From a bacterium (GTDB lineage: Bacteria > Arandabacterota > Arandabacteria > Arandabacterales > Arandabacteraceae): DNA of 64,000 bases. The stretch covers positions 10,194-74,193 of the forward strand of contig JAOZOU010000009.1 of assembly GCA_029933125.1 (NCBI GenBank). Direction: 5' to 3'. Below, piece by piece: positions 1 to 9,055 of the stretch; positions within the stretch are counted from its first letter, which is position 1; every line of letters starts with the position of its first letter. The translations under genes were made by a program, and so were the position numbers. The notes under the pieces were generated by a model, which did not search any database, was not told the origin of the DNA, and worked only from the letters and a program-made list of their open reading frames with translations.

Positions 1-776
1 GGAAGGACAACTGGCTTAAGGGCATTTGCCAGCTCATTAACATTCAAAACCCTTATTCCATGAAGCTGAGCAACTTTGTTGAGATTGAAATCATTGGTTA
101 TAATCTTGGCATGTCGCTGACGTGCAAGGCGAACGAGTTTGGCATCGACTTCTGTCTCCCCGGGCGGATCATAGTCATCGATTATAACGACGAGATCCTT
201 GCGAAGCTGCATTCTTCTCAGCACATCAAGTCCCCGCCTACCCCGATTCCTCTTTATGGGATCTGCTGAGTCAGCAATTTGCTGAAGCTCATCAAGCACG
301 AACTTGGGAATGATTATCTTGCCCTCGATGAAGTGGCTCTCGCATATGTCTGCAATGCGTCCGTCAATGATGACACTGGTATCGAGTACCTTGGGAATCC
401 CGTCTTCCCCGTGGTGCCAGCTTGCAAGCCTGAGCTCACCACGCTTCCTTATTCCTACAACTGCTCCCATGTAGCCCAGGACCAAGGCTATTACTATGAT
501 GACGAAGTAACGATACTGATATTCGTTGACCGCCGGGATTTGAAGCAAGAACCATCCAAGGAGCATGGCAACTATGAGTCCCAGGATAAGACCGAGTACA
601 CCAGCCAAAATCTCCCTGCCTGAACGCCCCTGTAACTTGATTTCGCCGAGGATTATGGCTGATGCGATTCCGAAGCCAACTCCCAGGCCTACGACAGGAT
701 ACCAGCCCTGGGACCTAAAGAAATAATAGCCTGCAAGGCTAAAAAGTGCTAGCAAAACCATTCGGATTATTATCAC
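1..776 (-). CDS. PIN-domain membrane protein, YacL-like (PIN/TRAM family); 3' end lies outside the window
   Basis: Not in ORF track (no in-window stop). Reverse-strand frame reads MVLLALFSLAGYYFFRSQGWYPVVGLGVGFGIASAII (two hydrophobic helices) followed by PIN-like segment VLDTSVIIDGRIADICESHFIEGKIIIPKFVLDELQQIADS...RGRRGLDVL...VVIIDDYD...AKIITNDFNL. GGGAGG precedes candidate starts GTG 776 / ATG 761. Family call from motif memory only. Confidence 0.55.
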   Translation of the reverse strand, partial: MIIIRMVLLALFSLAGYYFFRSQGWYPVVGLGVGFGIASAIILGEIKLQGRSGREILAGVLGLILGLIVAMLLGWFLLQIPAVNEYQYRYFVIIVIALVLGYMGAVVGIRKRGELRLASWHHGEDGIPKVLDTSVIIDGRIADICESHFIEGKIIIPKFVLDELQQIADSADPIKRNRGRRGLDVLRRMQLRKDLVVIIDDYDPPGETEVDAKLVRLARQRHAKIITNDFNLNKVAQLHGIRVLNVNELANALKPVVL

Positions 777-812
777 CGCCGCTCCTACCTCCCGGACCAC
801 CCACAAGCCAGG

Positions 813-1694
813 CTAGAATATCTCAATGGTGACATAGCGCTCGGGGTGTTCCCTAATGTCTTCAATTAGTAAGTTAAGATTCTCAAGCGCTGAGTCCAGC
901 TCTTCATACAACTTTTTCTCTTTGATGAGCTTTCCCAGACTTCCCTCACCACGATCAATACCATCTGTTATCTCCTTCAATGTGATTGTGAGGGAATCCA
1001 GCCTGCTAGCTGCTCTCGAGAATCTCTCAATTCCCATCTTGATCTCATCTTTCCTGGTACCGACTATGTCATTGAGACCTTCAGACGCACTTCGCATGTT
1101 CTCAGCTGTCGCCCTTATGTCATCACGCGTCTCCCTAAGAAGCCTCACAGCCTCTCTTAACATTTCATCGAGATTGGCAAGACTCTCCCCAAGACCCCGA
1201 CTTTGCTCTTTACTCCCAAAGACATTCTGCAAGACAGCAACCAATTGCTTCACATCTTGCATCATCTCACCTGTGCCTGCAACAACCTCTGTAAGCCCTG
1301 GGCGATACTTTCCTTCAACAGCTGAGCCCGGTTTGAGGACCTCGCCGGTCTTGCCAGGAAGGATATGAATATATTTCTCCCCCATTAGCCCAATACTGCG
1401 TATCTCAACTGAGCAGTCCTTTCTGAGGACAACCCCCTGCTGGATAAGAAGATCAGCCCTTACCCTGCCATTCTCTAGTGTGATCTTGCCAACCTTGCCA
1501 AGCTCAAGGCCTGAGACATCGACAGGATCGCCAACCTCGAGCCCACCAACCTGGTCAAAATAGACCGAATAGGTTTCCCAACGACGATTCCATCTCACCT
1601 CACCAATCCACATTACCCCAACAACGAGAATTACAGCACCGAGGATCACGGCTATCCCGACCTGAATCTCAGTTCTGCGTGTAGTCGTAGCCAT
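813..1694 (-). CDS. mlaD: MCE-family lipid transport periplasmic protein MlaD
   Basis: 293 aa; N-terminal TM anchor then MCE domain (YFDQVGGLEVGDPVDVSGLELGKVGKI); directly downstream of permease and ATPase genes on same strand. Confidence 0.8.
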   Translation of the reverse strand: MATTTRRTEIQVGIAVILGAVILVVGVMWIGEVRWNRRWETYSVYFDQVGGLEVGDPVDVSGLELGKVGKITLENGRVRADLLIQQGVVLRKDCSVEIRSIGLMGEKYIHILPGKTGEVLKPGSAVEGKYRPGLTEVVAGTGEMMQDVKQLVAVLQNVFGSKEQSRGLGESLANLDEMLREAVRLLRETRDDIRATAENMRSASEGLNDIVGTRKDEIKMGIERFSRAASRLDSLTITLKEITDGIDRGEGSLGKLIKEKKLYEELDSALENLNLLIEDIREHPERYVTIEIF

Positions 1695-1698
1695 TTAT

Positions 1699-2466
1699 CT
1701 ACCCCTCGTAAATGGGAATTGGACCTTCAGCTCTGCCCTCGACAAACTGACGGACAACTGGATCTTGAGTCGCCTTGACTTCCTCTGGTGTGCCTTCGAA
1801 AACGATTCTGCCACCGTAGAGCATCGCCAGCCTGTCGCCTATCTTCATTGCACTATTCATATCATGAGTTACAGCAATTGAGGTGACTTGAAGGGTTGTC
1901 TGGAGTCGCCTTATGAGCTGGTTTATGACATCAGCCATAATTGGGTCAAGCCCCGTTGTGGGCTCATCGTAGAGAACAACAGGTGGATCCATTGCAATTG
2001 CTCTTGCAAGCCCCACCCTTTTCTTCATGCCACCGCTGAGCTCGGAAGGCCGAAGATCTTCAACCTGAGTAAGCCCAACAAGCTCGAGCTTCTCCCTTGC
2101 AATCCTTCGAACCTCGTTCTCGTCAAGATCGGTATGTTCAAGAAGCCCGAGTCCAACGTTTTCCCAAACAGAAAGTGAATCGAAAAGAGCCGAACTCTGG
2201 AAAAGCATTCCAAAGCGCTTCCTGAACTCTATGAGCTCCTCACCAGCCAGAGCTGTTACCTCTACCCCATCAACAACGATTCTGCCGCTATCAGGTTTCA
2301 TAAGCCCGATTATGTGCTTGAGCAAAACGCTCTTGCCACACCCACTTCTGCCGATGACGACGACTGTCTCGCCCCGGCGTACCCGAAGGTTAACACCTTT
2401 CAAGACAGCATTGTCTCCAAAACCTTTTTTAAGATCCGTAATCTCTATCATCACTTGATCCATCAT
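1699..2466 (-). CDS. mlaF: ABC transporter ATP-binding protein MlaF
   Basis: 255 aa; Walker A GRSGCGKS, ABC signature LSGGMKKR, Walker B VVLYDEPT; 4-bp overlap with upstream permease stop. Confidence 0.85.
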   Translation of the reverse strand: MMDQVMIEITDLKKGFGDNAVLKGVNLRVRRGETVVVIGRSGCGKSVLLKHIIGLMKPDSGRIVVDGVEVTALAGEELIEFRKRFGMLFQSSALFDSLSVWENVGLGLLEHTDLDENEVRRIAREKLELVGLTQVEDLRPSELSGGMKKRVGLARAIAMDPPVVLYDEPTTGLDPIMADVINQLIRRLQTTLQVTSIAVTHDMNSAMKIGDRLAMLYGGRIVFEGTPEEVKATQDPVVRQFVEGRAEGPIPIYEG

Positions 2467-3248
2467 CGGGAAAAGACCCCTCTGAAAAGCAGTGAGGCAA
2501 GCACATAGTCAGTTATGAGAACAAGAAGACAGGAGGAGACTACTGCACGCGTTGTTGCAAGTCCAACCCCTTCTGCTCCACCTTCGGTTCTGAGTCCATG
2601 ATGTGAGCCCATCATAGCGATGATTATTCCAAAAAAGATCGCCTTGATGAGGCCGCTAAAGACATCGAGGGTATCCAGGAAAAGCTTGAGACTTGAAAAA
2701 TAGACATGCGAGGTTATCCCCAACCCGATGAGGGCAACCACATAGCCTCCCATGATTGCAATGAAGTCAGAAAAAATCGTTATGACAGGGAGCATGATGA
2801 TCCCTGCAATAAGCCTTGGCGTGACAAGATAGCGAATGGGGTCAATTGCAAGAGTCTCGAGTGCATCTATCTGTTCAGTCACTTTCATTGTGCCAAGCTC
2901 GGCAGCAATCGAAGCACCGACTCTTCCCCCAACAACAAGTGCTGTGAGAACGGGACCAAGCTCGATTACAACAGACTTGCCTATGACACTACCAAGATAG
3001 CGAAGTGGCACATAGTTCTGAAACTGGTATGCAGCCTGTACAGCTGCGACACCACCCGTGAAGACTGAGGTTACAAGCACGAGAGGGATTGAACCTACAC
3101 CGATCCTGAGCATCTGCTCAACGACGAGGTGCTTCTGCTTGAGCGCTTTTGGAATCCGCCTGGCAGCTGAGCAGAGCAAGATGAAAACCGCACCCACCTC
3201 AGCGACAGAAAAACCAACGCTTCTTCCAACATACTGGGCTAAGTTCAT
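2463..3248 (-). CDS. mlaE: ABC transporter permease MlaE
   Basis: 261 aa multi-pass membrane protein immediately upstream of MlaF/MlaD homologues; MlaE-like length and hydrophobicity pattern. Confidence 0.8.
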   Translation of the reverse strand: MNLAQYVGRSVGFSVAEVGAVFILLCSAARRIPKALKQKHLVVEQMLRIGVGSIPLVLVTSVFTGGVAAVQAAYQFQNYVPLRYLGSVIGKSVVIELGPVLTALVVGGRVGASIAAELGTMKVTEQIDALETLAIDPIRYLVTPRLIAGIIMLPVITIFSDFIAIMGGYVVALIGLGITSHVYFSSLKLFLDTLDVFSGLIKAIFFGIIIAMMGSHHGLRTEGGAEGVGLATTRAVVSSCLLVLITDYVLASLLFRGVFSR

Positions 3249-3257
3249 GTCACCTGA

Positions 3258-4646
3258 TCACTCGGTTTCAATACGGGATTTATCCTCAAAGCGCGTATAT
3301 TCTTGGAAGAAAAGGAGCTCGACTTTGCCAGTTGGCCCATTGCGTTGCTTGCCAATGATGATTTCAGCAAGGCGCTTCTCCTCAAGCTGCTCGTGGTCAA
3401 TTGCATCGGGTGGAAGCTCATCGGTGTGCTTGTAAACCGCTGGACGATAGATGAAAAGTACAACATCAGCATCCTGCTCAATTGCACCAGATTCTCTCAG
3501 ATCCGAAAGAATGGGACGCTTCTCTTTGCGCTCACGCTGCTCGACAGCTCTTGAAAGCTGTGAGAGGGCAACAACCGGAATATTGAGCTCCTTTGCTAGT
3601 GCCTTGAGCGATCTTGAGATGTGGGATATCTCCTGCTGCCTGTTCTCAGCTCTGCCATGCCCCCTTATGAGCTGAAGATAATCAACAATCACAAGACCGA
3701 GATCCACCTCAGACTTAAGCCTGCGAGTCTTCGCTCTCATCTCAAGCACATTAAGATCGGGACTATCATCAATAAAGATCGGCGCATCGTGGAGGACTCC
3801 GGCTGCCGTTGTGAGTCTTCCCCAATCCTGCTTGCTTACGTATCCACGCCTCACACTCTCAGCCTTCACCCTTGCTTCCGAACACAGCATTCGAAGCATG
3901 AGCTGTTCCTTCGTCATCTCGAGACTGAAGATGGCAACGGGGATCTTATGACGCAGAGCCACATGACCGGCAATGTTTAGGGCGAAGGATGTCTTACCCA
4001 TCGAGGGTCTTCCAGCAATGACTATGAACTCACCTCGTTGCAAACCGCTTGTTTTGGTATCAAGATCCTTGAAACCTGTTTCAAGACCTGTGACATATCT
4101 TTTCTGCTGATAAAGCTGCTCAACTGTCTCAAAGCTGTCCTTAACGATGTCTTGCATCGCAACAAAGCCCTGCCTGAGCTTAGAATCCGATATGGCAAAG
4201 ATCTTGCGCTCAGCACGATCGATTATCTCACTGACATCAGCCTGGCCGTTGTAGGCTTCATGAATTATCTGGGTAGAAGCATCGATGAGCTTTCTCAAGG
4301 TTGCCTTCTCAAGTACAATCTTGGCATGATGTTCGATGTTTGCTGATGTCGCAACACTACTCAAAAGATTTTCAAGATAGACAGCTCCACCGAGGGATTC
4401 AAGCTCTCCGCGCTTTCTTAATTCCTCCGTGAGTGTGATGAGATCAACGGCTTCATTTCGATCATAAATCGAAAGAATACAACTGAAGATCTTAGCATGC
4501 TGATTCAAGTAGAAACATGATTCATCCAGTATCTCTATGGCTTTAGCGATTGCATCTCTGTCAAGCATCATTGCACCGAGAACTGCCATCTCAGCTTCAA
4601 TTGCCTGAGGGGGTATCTGATCAGCACTGGCTCTTACTTGCGCCAT
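3258..4646 (-). CDS. dnaB: replicative DNA helicase DnaB
   Basis: 462 aa; N-terminal IEAEMAVLGAMML motif, Walker A GRPSMGKTSFAL, Walker B LVIVDYLQL, C-terminal RecA-like fold motifs. Confidence 0.9.
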   Translation of the reverse strand: MAQVRASADQIPPQAIEAEMAVLGAMMLDRDAIAKAIEILDESCFYLNQHAKIFSCILSIYDRNEAVDLITLTEELRKRGELESLGGAVYLENLLSSVATSANIEHHAKIVLEKATLRKLIDASTQIIHEAYNGQADVSEIIDRAERKIFAISDSKLRQGFVAMQDIVKDSFETVEQLYQQKRYVTGLETGFKDLDTKTSGLQRGEFIVIAGRPSMGKTSFALNIAGHVALRHKIPVAIFSLEMTKEQLMLRMLCSEARVKAESVRRGYVSKQDWGRLTTAAGVLHDAPIFIDDSPDLNVLEMRAKTRRLKSEVDLGLVIVDYLQLIRGHGRAENRQQEISHISRSLKALAKELNIPVVALSQLSRAVEQRERKEKRPILSDLRESGAIEQDADVVLFIYRPAVYKHTDELPPDAIDHEQLEEKRLAEIIIGKQRNGPTGKVELLFFQEYTRFEDKSRIETE

Positions 4647-5334
4647 TGTGCATCACTCCTTGTATTGGCAAACCAAGAAATTTCATTACCTGTTTGATGT
4701 CTTCCCAGACAAGCTTCTTGATTGCTGGCTTGCGTAGGCAAGCAGCTGGGTGGAATGTAGGCATTACAGGGATTCCAAGATACTCATGGAATCTCCCACG
4801 CAGGGAAGTGATACCATTATGTCTTCCCGTTAGAGTCTGAGCTGCCACTGATCCCAGAGCACAAATTACCTTAGGTTTTACAAGCTCAATTTGCTTTTCA
4901 AGATAAGGGAGACATTCGGTTATCTCATCAAGCTGAGGATTGCGATTGCCTGGAGGACGACACTTGACAATATTGGCAATGTAAACATCCTCTCGCCTCA
5001 ATCCCATAGCTTTGATGATCTTTGTCAGAAGCATGCCTGCCCTGCCGACAAATGGACGTCCCTGGAGATCTTCATCTCTACCAGGTCCCTCACCGATAAA
5101 CATGAGATCGGCCCTGGGATTACCTTCTCCAAAAACAACATTCGTGCGCGTCTTGTGGAGATCACATCGCGTGCAACCTCTCACAAGGCGGCTAAGATCC
5201 TCAAGTGTAGGCTTGAAGACATCGTCGATTGGAAGATAGACTTCCTTTATACCACATGCATCAATAAGACCAAGTAGGTTGCAAATCTCATCTCTCAAGT
5301 TTGCTCTATGAGAAGGATTCAAGCCTCTGCTCAT
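4621..5334 (-). CDS. uracil-DNA glycosylase, family 4
   Basis: 237 aa; motifs GEGPGRDEDLQGRPFVGRAG and FHPAA typical of family 4 UDG, N-terminal Cys residues; stop overlaps dnaB start by 26 bp. Confidence 0.8.
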   Translation of the reverse strand: MSRGLNPSHRANLRDEICNLLGLIDACGIKEVYLPIDDVFKPTLEDLSRLVRGCTRCDLHKTRTNVVFGEGNPRADLMFIGEGPGRDEDLQGRPFVGRAGMLLTKIIKAMGLRREDVYIANIVKCRPPGNRNPQLDEITECLPYLEKQIELVKPKVICALGSVAAQTLTGRHNGITSLRGRFHEYLGIPVMPTFHPAACLRKPAIKKLVWEDIKQVMKFLGLPIQGVMHNGASKSQC

Positions 5335-5341
5335 TACTGAC

Positions 5342-6526
5342 TTAGCCTCTTGCCTTAAGATCAGAGGTTACAGCATCTATGATCTTGCGAGCAAGATCAC
5401 GTTTTGACATAAGCGGTATTTCTTCAACCTTGCCATGCTTGTCAATCAGGTAGCCGCAGTTGGTTTCACTTCCAAAGCCAGCTCCAGAGACAAGTGGATT
5501 GTTGACCATCACGTAGTCGAGGTTCTTTGAGAGAAGCTTCTGCTTGCCCCGCTCGACCTCGTCTTGAGTTTCAAGGGCAAATCCAACAACGATTCGCTCG
5601 CCTTTCTCAGAGGCAAGTTCGGCAAGAATATCAGTGGTCGCCTCAAGATCGAGTTTGAGTCCCGTATCTCGCTGTAGCTTGCCCTCGTGGGTCTTTCTCG
5701 GTCTGAAATCGCAAACAGCAGCAGCCATGATGAGGCAGTCAGCATCCTGCCACTCAGCCTGAAGCTCCTTACGCATCTCATCGGAGGTTTCAACCTCGAC
5801 TACCTTGACACCGTATGGATAGGCTATTGCGATAGGCCCAGTTACAAGAACAGTCTCGGCACTCCTCGAAGCTGCCTCTGCCGCAAGTGCAACTGCCATC
5901 TTGCCAGTCGATCTGTTAGAGATGAATCGCACATCATCGATTGGCTCAAGTGTTGGGCCACCACTCACAACAACCTTCCTACCCTCAAGGTCATGTGTTT
6001 TTCTTGCAGCCTCAAAGATAGCCTCAACAATCTTCTTAGGATCTGCAAGCCTCCCCTTTCCCTCTTTTCCGCATGCAAGCCATCCACTCTCCGGTTCGAC
6101 AATGTAGAAGCCTCGCCTGTTGAGTATTGCGAGATTCTCCTGCACTGCCGGATTGAAATACATAGCCTCATTCATTGCAGGAGCAATGACTACAGGAGCA
6201 GTTGTTGAAAGCACAATTGTCGAGAGGAGATCATCACAGATACCACCTGCCACCTTGCCAATAAAGTTTGCTGTTGCAGGTGCTATGGCTACCACATCCT
6301 GACTCGTCGCAAGATCAATGTGAACTGGTTGGCGTGTGCCTGGTTCGAAAAGATCCACTCGGACATCATTACCCGTTAGCCCTCGAAAGGTTGCCTCTCC
6401 AATCAAGCTGATAGCATGTTTCGTCATAACAACTAAGACCTCAGCCTGCGCCTTTACAAGCTGGCTCACTATCTCGGCTGCCTTATAAGCTGCTATTGAG
6501 GCTGTAACTCCAACGAGTACTTTCAT
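5342..6526 (-). CDS. coaBC: bifunctional phosphopantothenoylcysteine decarboxylase / phosphopantothenate-cysteine ligase
   Basis: 394 aa; N-terminal flavoprotein domain (MKVLVGVTASIAAYKA) and C-terminal CoaB ligase domain; conserved gmk-rpoZ-coaBC neighbourhood. Confidence 0.9.
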   Translation of the reverse strand: MKVLVGVTASIAAYKAAEIVSQLVKAQAEVLVVMTKHAISLIGEATFRGLTGNDVRVDLFEPGTRQPVHIDLATSQDVVAIAPATANFIGKVAGGICDDLLSTIVLSTTAPVVIAPAMNEAMYFNPAVQENLAILNRRGFYIVEPESGWLACGKEGKGRLADPKKIVEAIFEAARKTHDLEGRKVVVSGGPTLEPIDDVRFISNRSTGKMAVALAAEAASRSAETVLVTGPIAIAYPYGVKVVEVETSDEMRKELQAEWQDADCLIMAAAVCDFRPRKTHEGKLQRDTGLKLDLEATTDILAELASEKGERIVVGFALETQDEVERGKQKLLSKNLDYVMVNNPLVSGAGFGSETNCGYLIDKHGKVEEIPLMSKRDLARKIIDAVTSDLKARG

Positions 6527-6870
6527 GCGGTTTTCTTCCTGCGCCTTGTCCTGGGCCTTGCCTTAGGCTCCGTCTCTTCAATCTCGTATTCCACCTTGCC
6601 CTCAACAAAATTCTCCACAGCCTTTGGAACGGCTTTCTCGCCATCCTCGAGGAAAACTCCCGGAACAGCATTGAGTCGCCTGGCTTCCTTCGATATGGCT
6701 ACAACTGCTTCATAAAGACTCGAAGCGCGTTTGAGCAGCTGCTCTCTGTCGATTACTGGTTTCTCATTCTCCCCCACTGGTTTCGTCTTGCAAGTTGCAC
6801 ATCTACGCCCGTCAATCACTGCCTTCCCTTCATCGATCACAGGTTTTCCCACATCTTGAGTCTTGTTCAA
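6523..6870 (-). CDS. rpoZ: DNA-directed RNA polymerase subunit omega with N-terminal extension
   Basis: 115 aa; C-terminal part (LLKRASSLYEAVVAISKEARRL) resembles omega core; start codon overlaps gmk stop (coupling); conserved position between gmk and coaBC. Confidence 0.6.
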   Translation of the reverse strand: MNKTQDVGKPVIDEGKAVIDGRRCATCKTKPVGENEKPVIDREQLLKRASSLYEAVVAISKEARRLNAVPGVFLEDGEKAVPKAVENFVEGKVEYEIEETEPKARPRTRRRKKTA

Positions 6871-7535
6871 CTTTTCACCCCCCTCTCATCGAGACCGAGA
6901 AGCTGGCGCCAGGTTATACCTTCGAGGATACGATCCCGCCGCAATCTTTCAGCTCGAACGATGCTATGCATCTTCTCCACGGCTGCACCGACCGTATCAT
7001 TGACAACGACATAGGTGTACTTGGTGATGTAGTCCATCTCGCCAAGTGCATTTTCGAGGCGTAACCTCAAAACCTCCTCAGTCTCGCTACCACGGTTCCG
7101 TAGCCTTTCCTCAAGAATCTTGAAAGAAGGTGGGATGATAAAAATCGAAACACTTCCGGGATAAGCCCTCATTATCTGAGTCCCGCCCTGGACATCTATA
7201 TCCAGGAGAATACTTATCCCGCGATTAAGTTGCTCGTCCATCCACCTCTTGGGTGTACCATAGTAGTGCCCATGAACATAAGCCCATTCTGCAAGTTCCC
7301 CTTCCTTCTTCATGCGTTCAAACTCATCCTGACTTACAAAGAAATAATCCTTACCGTCCACCTCGGTTGCTCTTGGCGGACGGGTGGTCGCGGAGATTGA
7401 GAAAGCCAGTTGGTCATCTTTCTCGAGAAGGTGATGGCAAAGTGTTGTCTTGCCCACGCCTGATGGTCCTGAAACTACGATAGGAAAAGATACCAACCCT
7501 GTTCTACTCATCCTGGTCACCGCTGACTTTCTCAA
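6867..7535 (-). CDS. gmk: guanylate kinase
   Basis: P-loop GPSGVGKTT and guanylate-kinase motifs; probable true start at internal Met (7511), giving 8-bp overlap with remA. Confidence 0.9.
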   Translation of the reverse strand: MRKSAVTRMSRTGLVSFPIVVSGPSGVGKTTLCHHLLEKDDQLAFSISATTRPPRATEVDGKDYFFVSQDEFERMKKEGELAEWAYVHGHYYGTPKRWMDEQLNRGISILLDIDVQGGTQIMRAYPGSVSIFIIPPSFKILEERLRNRGSETEEVLRLRLENALGEMDYITKYTYVVVNDTVGAAVEKMHSIVRAERLRRDRILEGITWRQLLGLDERGVKS

Positions 7536-7764
7536 GGCGCTGCGTTATTGTTTCTGCACCTATTGCTGAGAGCACTATATGGTCACTGTCCATCACGATT
7601 ATCGAGCGGGTTCTCCGTCCCTGGGTAGCATCAACCAGCTTTCCCATCTTGCGAGCATGATCTTTGAGTCTGCGGATTGGTGACGATCCAGGGGTGATTA
7701 TAGCAACTATCCTGTGACTGGCGACAACGTTACCGAAGCCTATATTGATAAGATGACCTTTCAA
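7504..7764 (-). CDS. remA: DUF370 family regulator RemA/YlzA
   Basis: 86 aa; close match to DUF370 consensus (INIGFGNVV...IDATQGRRTRSIIVMDSDHIVLSAI); canonical position between yicC and gmk. Confidence 0.8.
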   Translation of the reverse strand: MKGHLINIGFGNVVASHRIVAIITPGSSPIRRLKDHARKMGKLVDATQGRRTRSIIVMDSDHIVLSAIGAETITQRLEKVSGDQDE

Positions 7765-7777
7765 AACGTCACCCCCG

Positions 7778-8656
7778 TTACTCGATGTTCTGAACTTGTT
7801 CCCTTATCTTCTCTAATTCTTCTTTTATCAACACAACATTTGTTGAGACGGTTGCGTCAGATGCTTTTGCCCCCATTGTGTTGACTTCTCTTGCCATCTC
7901 CTGAAGCAGGAAATTTAGCTTTCTTCCGACTGCACCTCCTTCGGAAAGATAACGCTTAAAGTTATTGAGGTGAACACGATAGCGAACGCACTCCTCAGTA
8001 AAATCTGTCCGTTCAGCAAAGAGAACCACTTCCTGAGCAAGCAGGGCATCATCATATTCGCCCTTTTCAGTCAACTCAGCAATCTTTGCCTTGAGACGCT
8101 GGCGAAGCTCTTCCACACGCCGAGGTAAGCGACTTTCTATTTTCTCAAGGTAGCTCAGGGTTTGGTCCACGCGATTCTCAATGTCTTTTGCGATTGCTTG
8201 TCCCTCTCTCGATTTCATCTCAAGAAGATCATCAAGCGCAATCGAGACTGCTTCCTTCACAAAGGGCAGAGCTCTTGCTGGTTCCCATTCTTCAGCCTCG
8301 CGCTTGAAAAGATCAGGCAGCAGGGCGAAGGTCTGGAGGTCAACCTTGCCTGGAAGATTGTAGCGCTGTCTGAGATTTTCAAAGAGGGCGTAATAACGAT
8401 CCGCAACTTCCTCATCGAGCTTTATTACCTCAGCAAGCCCCTCGGTATCGTCCCAGCTCACGTTTGCAAGAATTCGACCTCTCGAGATCTTTTCTTGAAT
8501 CATGCTCTTTATCTCTGGCTCAAGGGGAGTCAGAAACTTGGGAAGCTTCATTGTCATCTCAAGGAAGCGATTGTTGAAAGATCTGAGTTCTACTGTGACT
8601 CTCACCCCCTTCTCTTCAATTTCGCCCCGACCATAACCAGTCATGCTACGGATCAC
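7778..8656 (-). CDS. yicC: YicC-family stress-induced protein
   Basis: YicC N-terminal motif MTGYGRG; GTG 8656 preceded by GAGGAG at 7 nt spacing; ORF-track start 8764 is probably too long. Confidence 0.8.
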   Translation of the reverse strand: MIRSMTGYGRGEIEEKGVRVTVELRSFNNRFLEMTMKLPKFLTPLEPEIKSMIQEKISRGRILANVSWDDTEGLAEVIKLDEEVADRYYALFENLRQRYNLPGKVDLQTFALLPDLFKREAEEWEPARALPFVKEAVSIALDDLLEMKSREGQAIAKDIENRVDQTLSYLEKIESRLPRRVEELRQRLKAKIAELTEKGEYDDALLAQEVVLFAERTDFTEECVRYRVHLNNFKRYLSEGGAVGRKLNFLLQEMAREVNTMGAKASDATVSTNVVLIKEELEKIREQVQNIE

Positions 8657-8826
8657 TTCTGTACTCCTCACGCCTTCGTAGTTGTCTAAAGGAGGGACTA
8701 CTGAGCCCCCACCCCGCATCCCACTCAATTGAGAATAAACCCAAAAAGGGGTGGTGTCAATCAATTCGATCGAGAGCCGCTTATTCTCAGGGCTGTAGCG
8801 TGTTTGGCTCCCTTGGAATCAGCTGG

Positions 8827-8855
8827 TTGACACAGAAGTTGAGTGCGGGGATAAT
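8827..8855 (+). promoter_or_regulatory. candidate sigma70-type promoter (TTGACA-17 nt-GATAAT) in divergent intergenic region
   Basis: TTGACA at 8827-8832, 17-nt spacer, GATAAT at 8850-8855, read directly; about 200 nt upstream of the aldo/keto reductase start. Confidence 0.25.
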
Positions 8856-9055
8856 GACTGTGGAACGCGAATTGTAGTACATCAGGCTCAGACCACTTTG
8901 CTATCCAGCGCTACCTCTTGCAATTGGATTGATATCTCGAGGTCGGTTGAGAGAAAAGCCTTGTAGAGCGACGAAATCTGACTTTCTTCTGTGGATTAAC
9001 GATCCAAGGTGTGGTTCAAGACCATCTTGCTTCTGAGAGTTTGAGGAGGGTAGCT

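Noticed and set aside
60-623. Plus-strand ORFs 60-269 and 279-623 from the track
   Set aside because: No recognisable motifs. The reverse strand over the same region encodes a continuous PIN-domain frame with TM helices and a plausible RBS and start, missed by the track only because its stop is off-window.
8162-8689. Plus-strand ORF antisense to yicC
   Set aside because: Fully contained within the well-supported reverse-strand yicC frame; no motifs.
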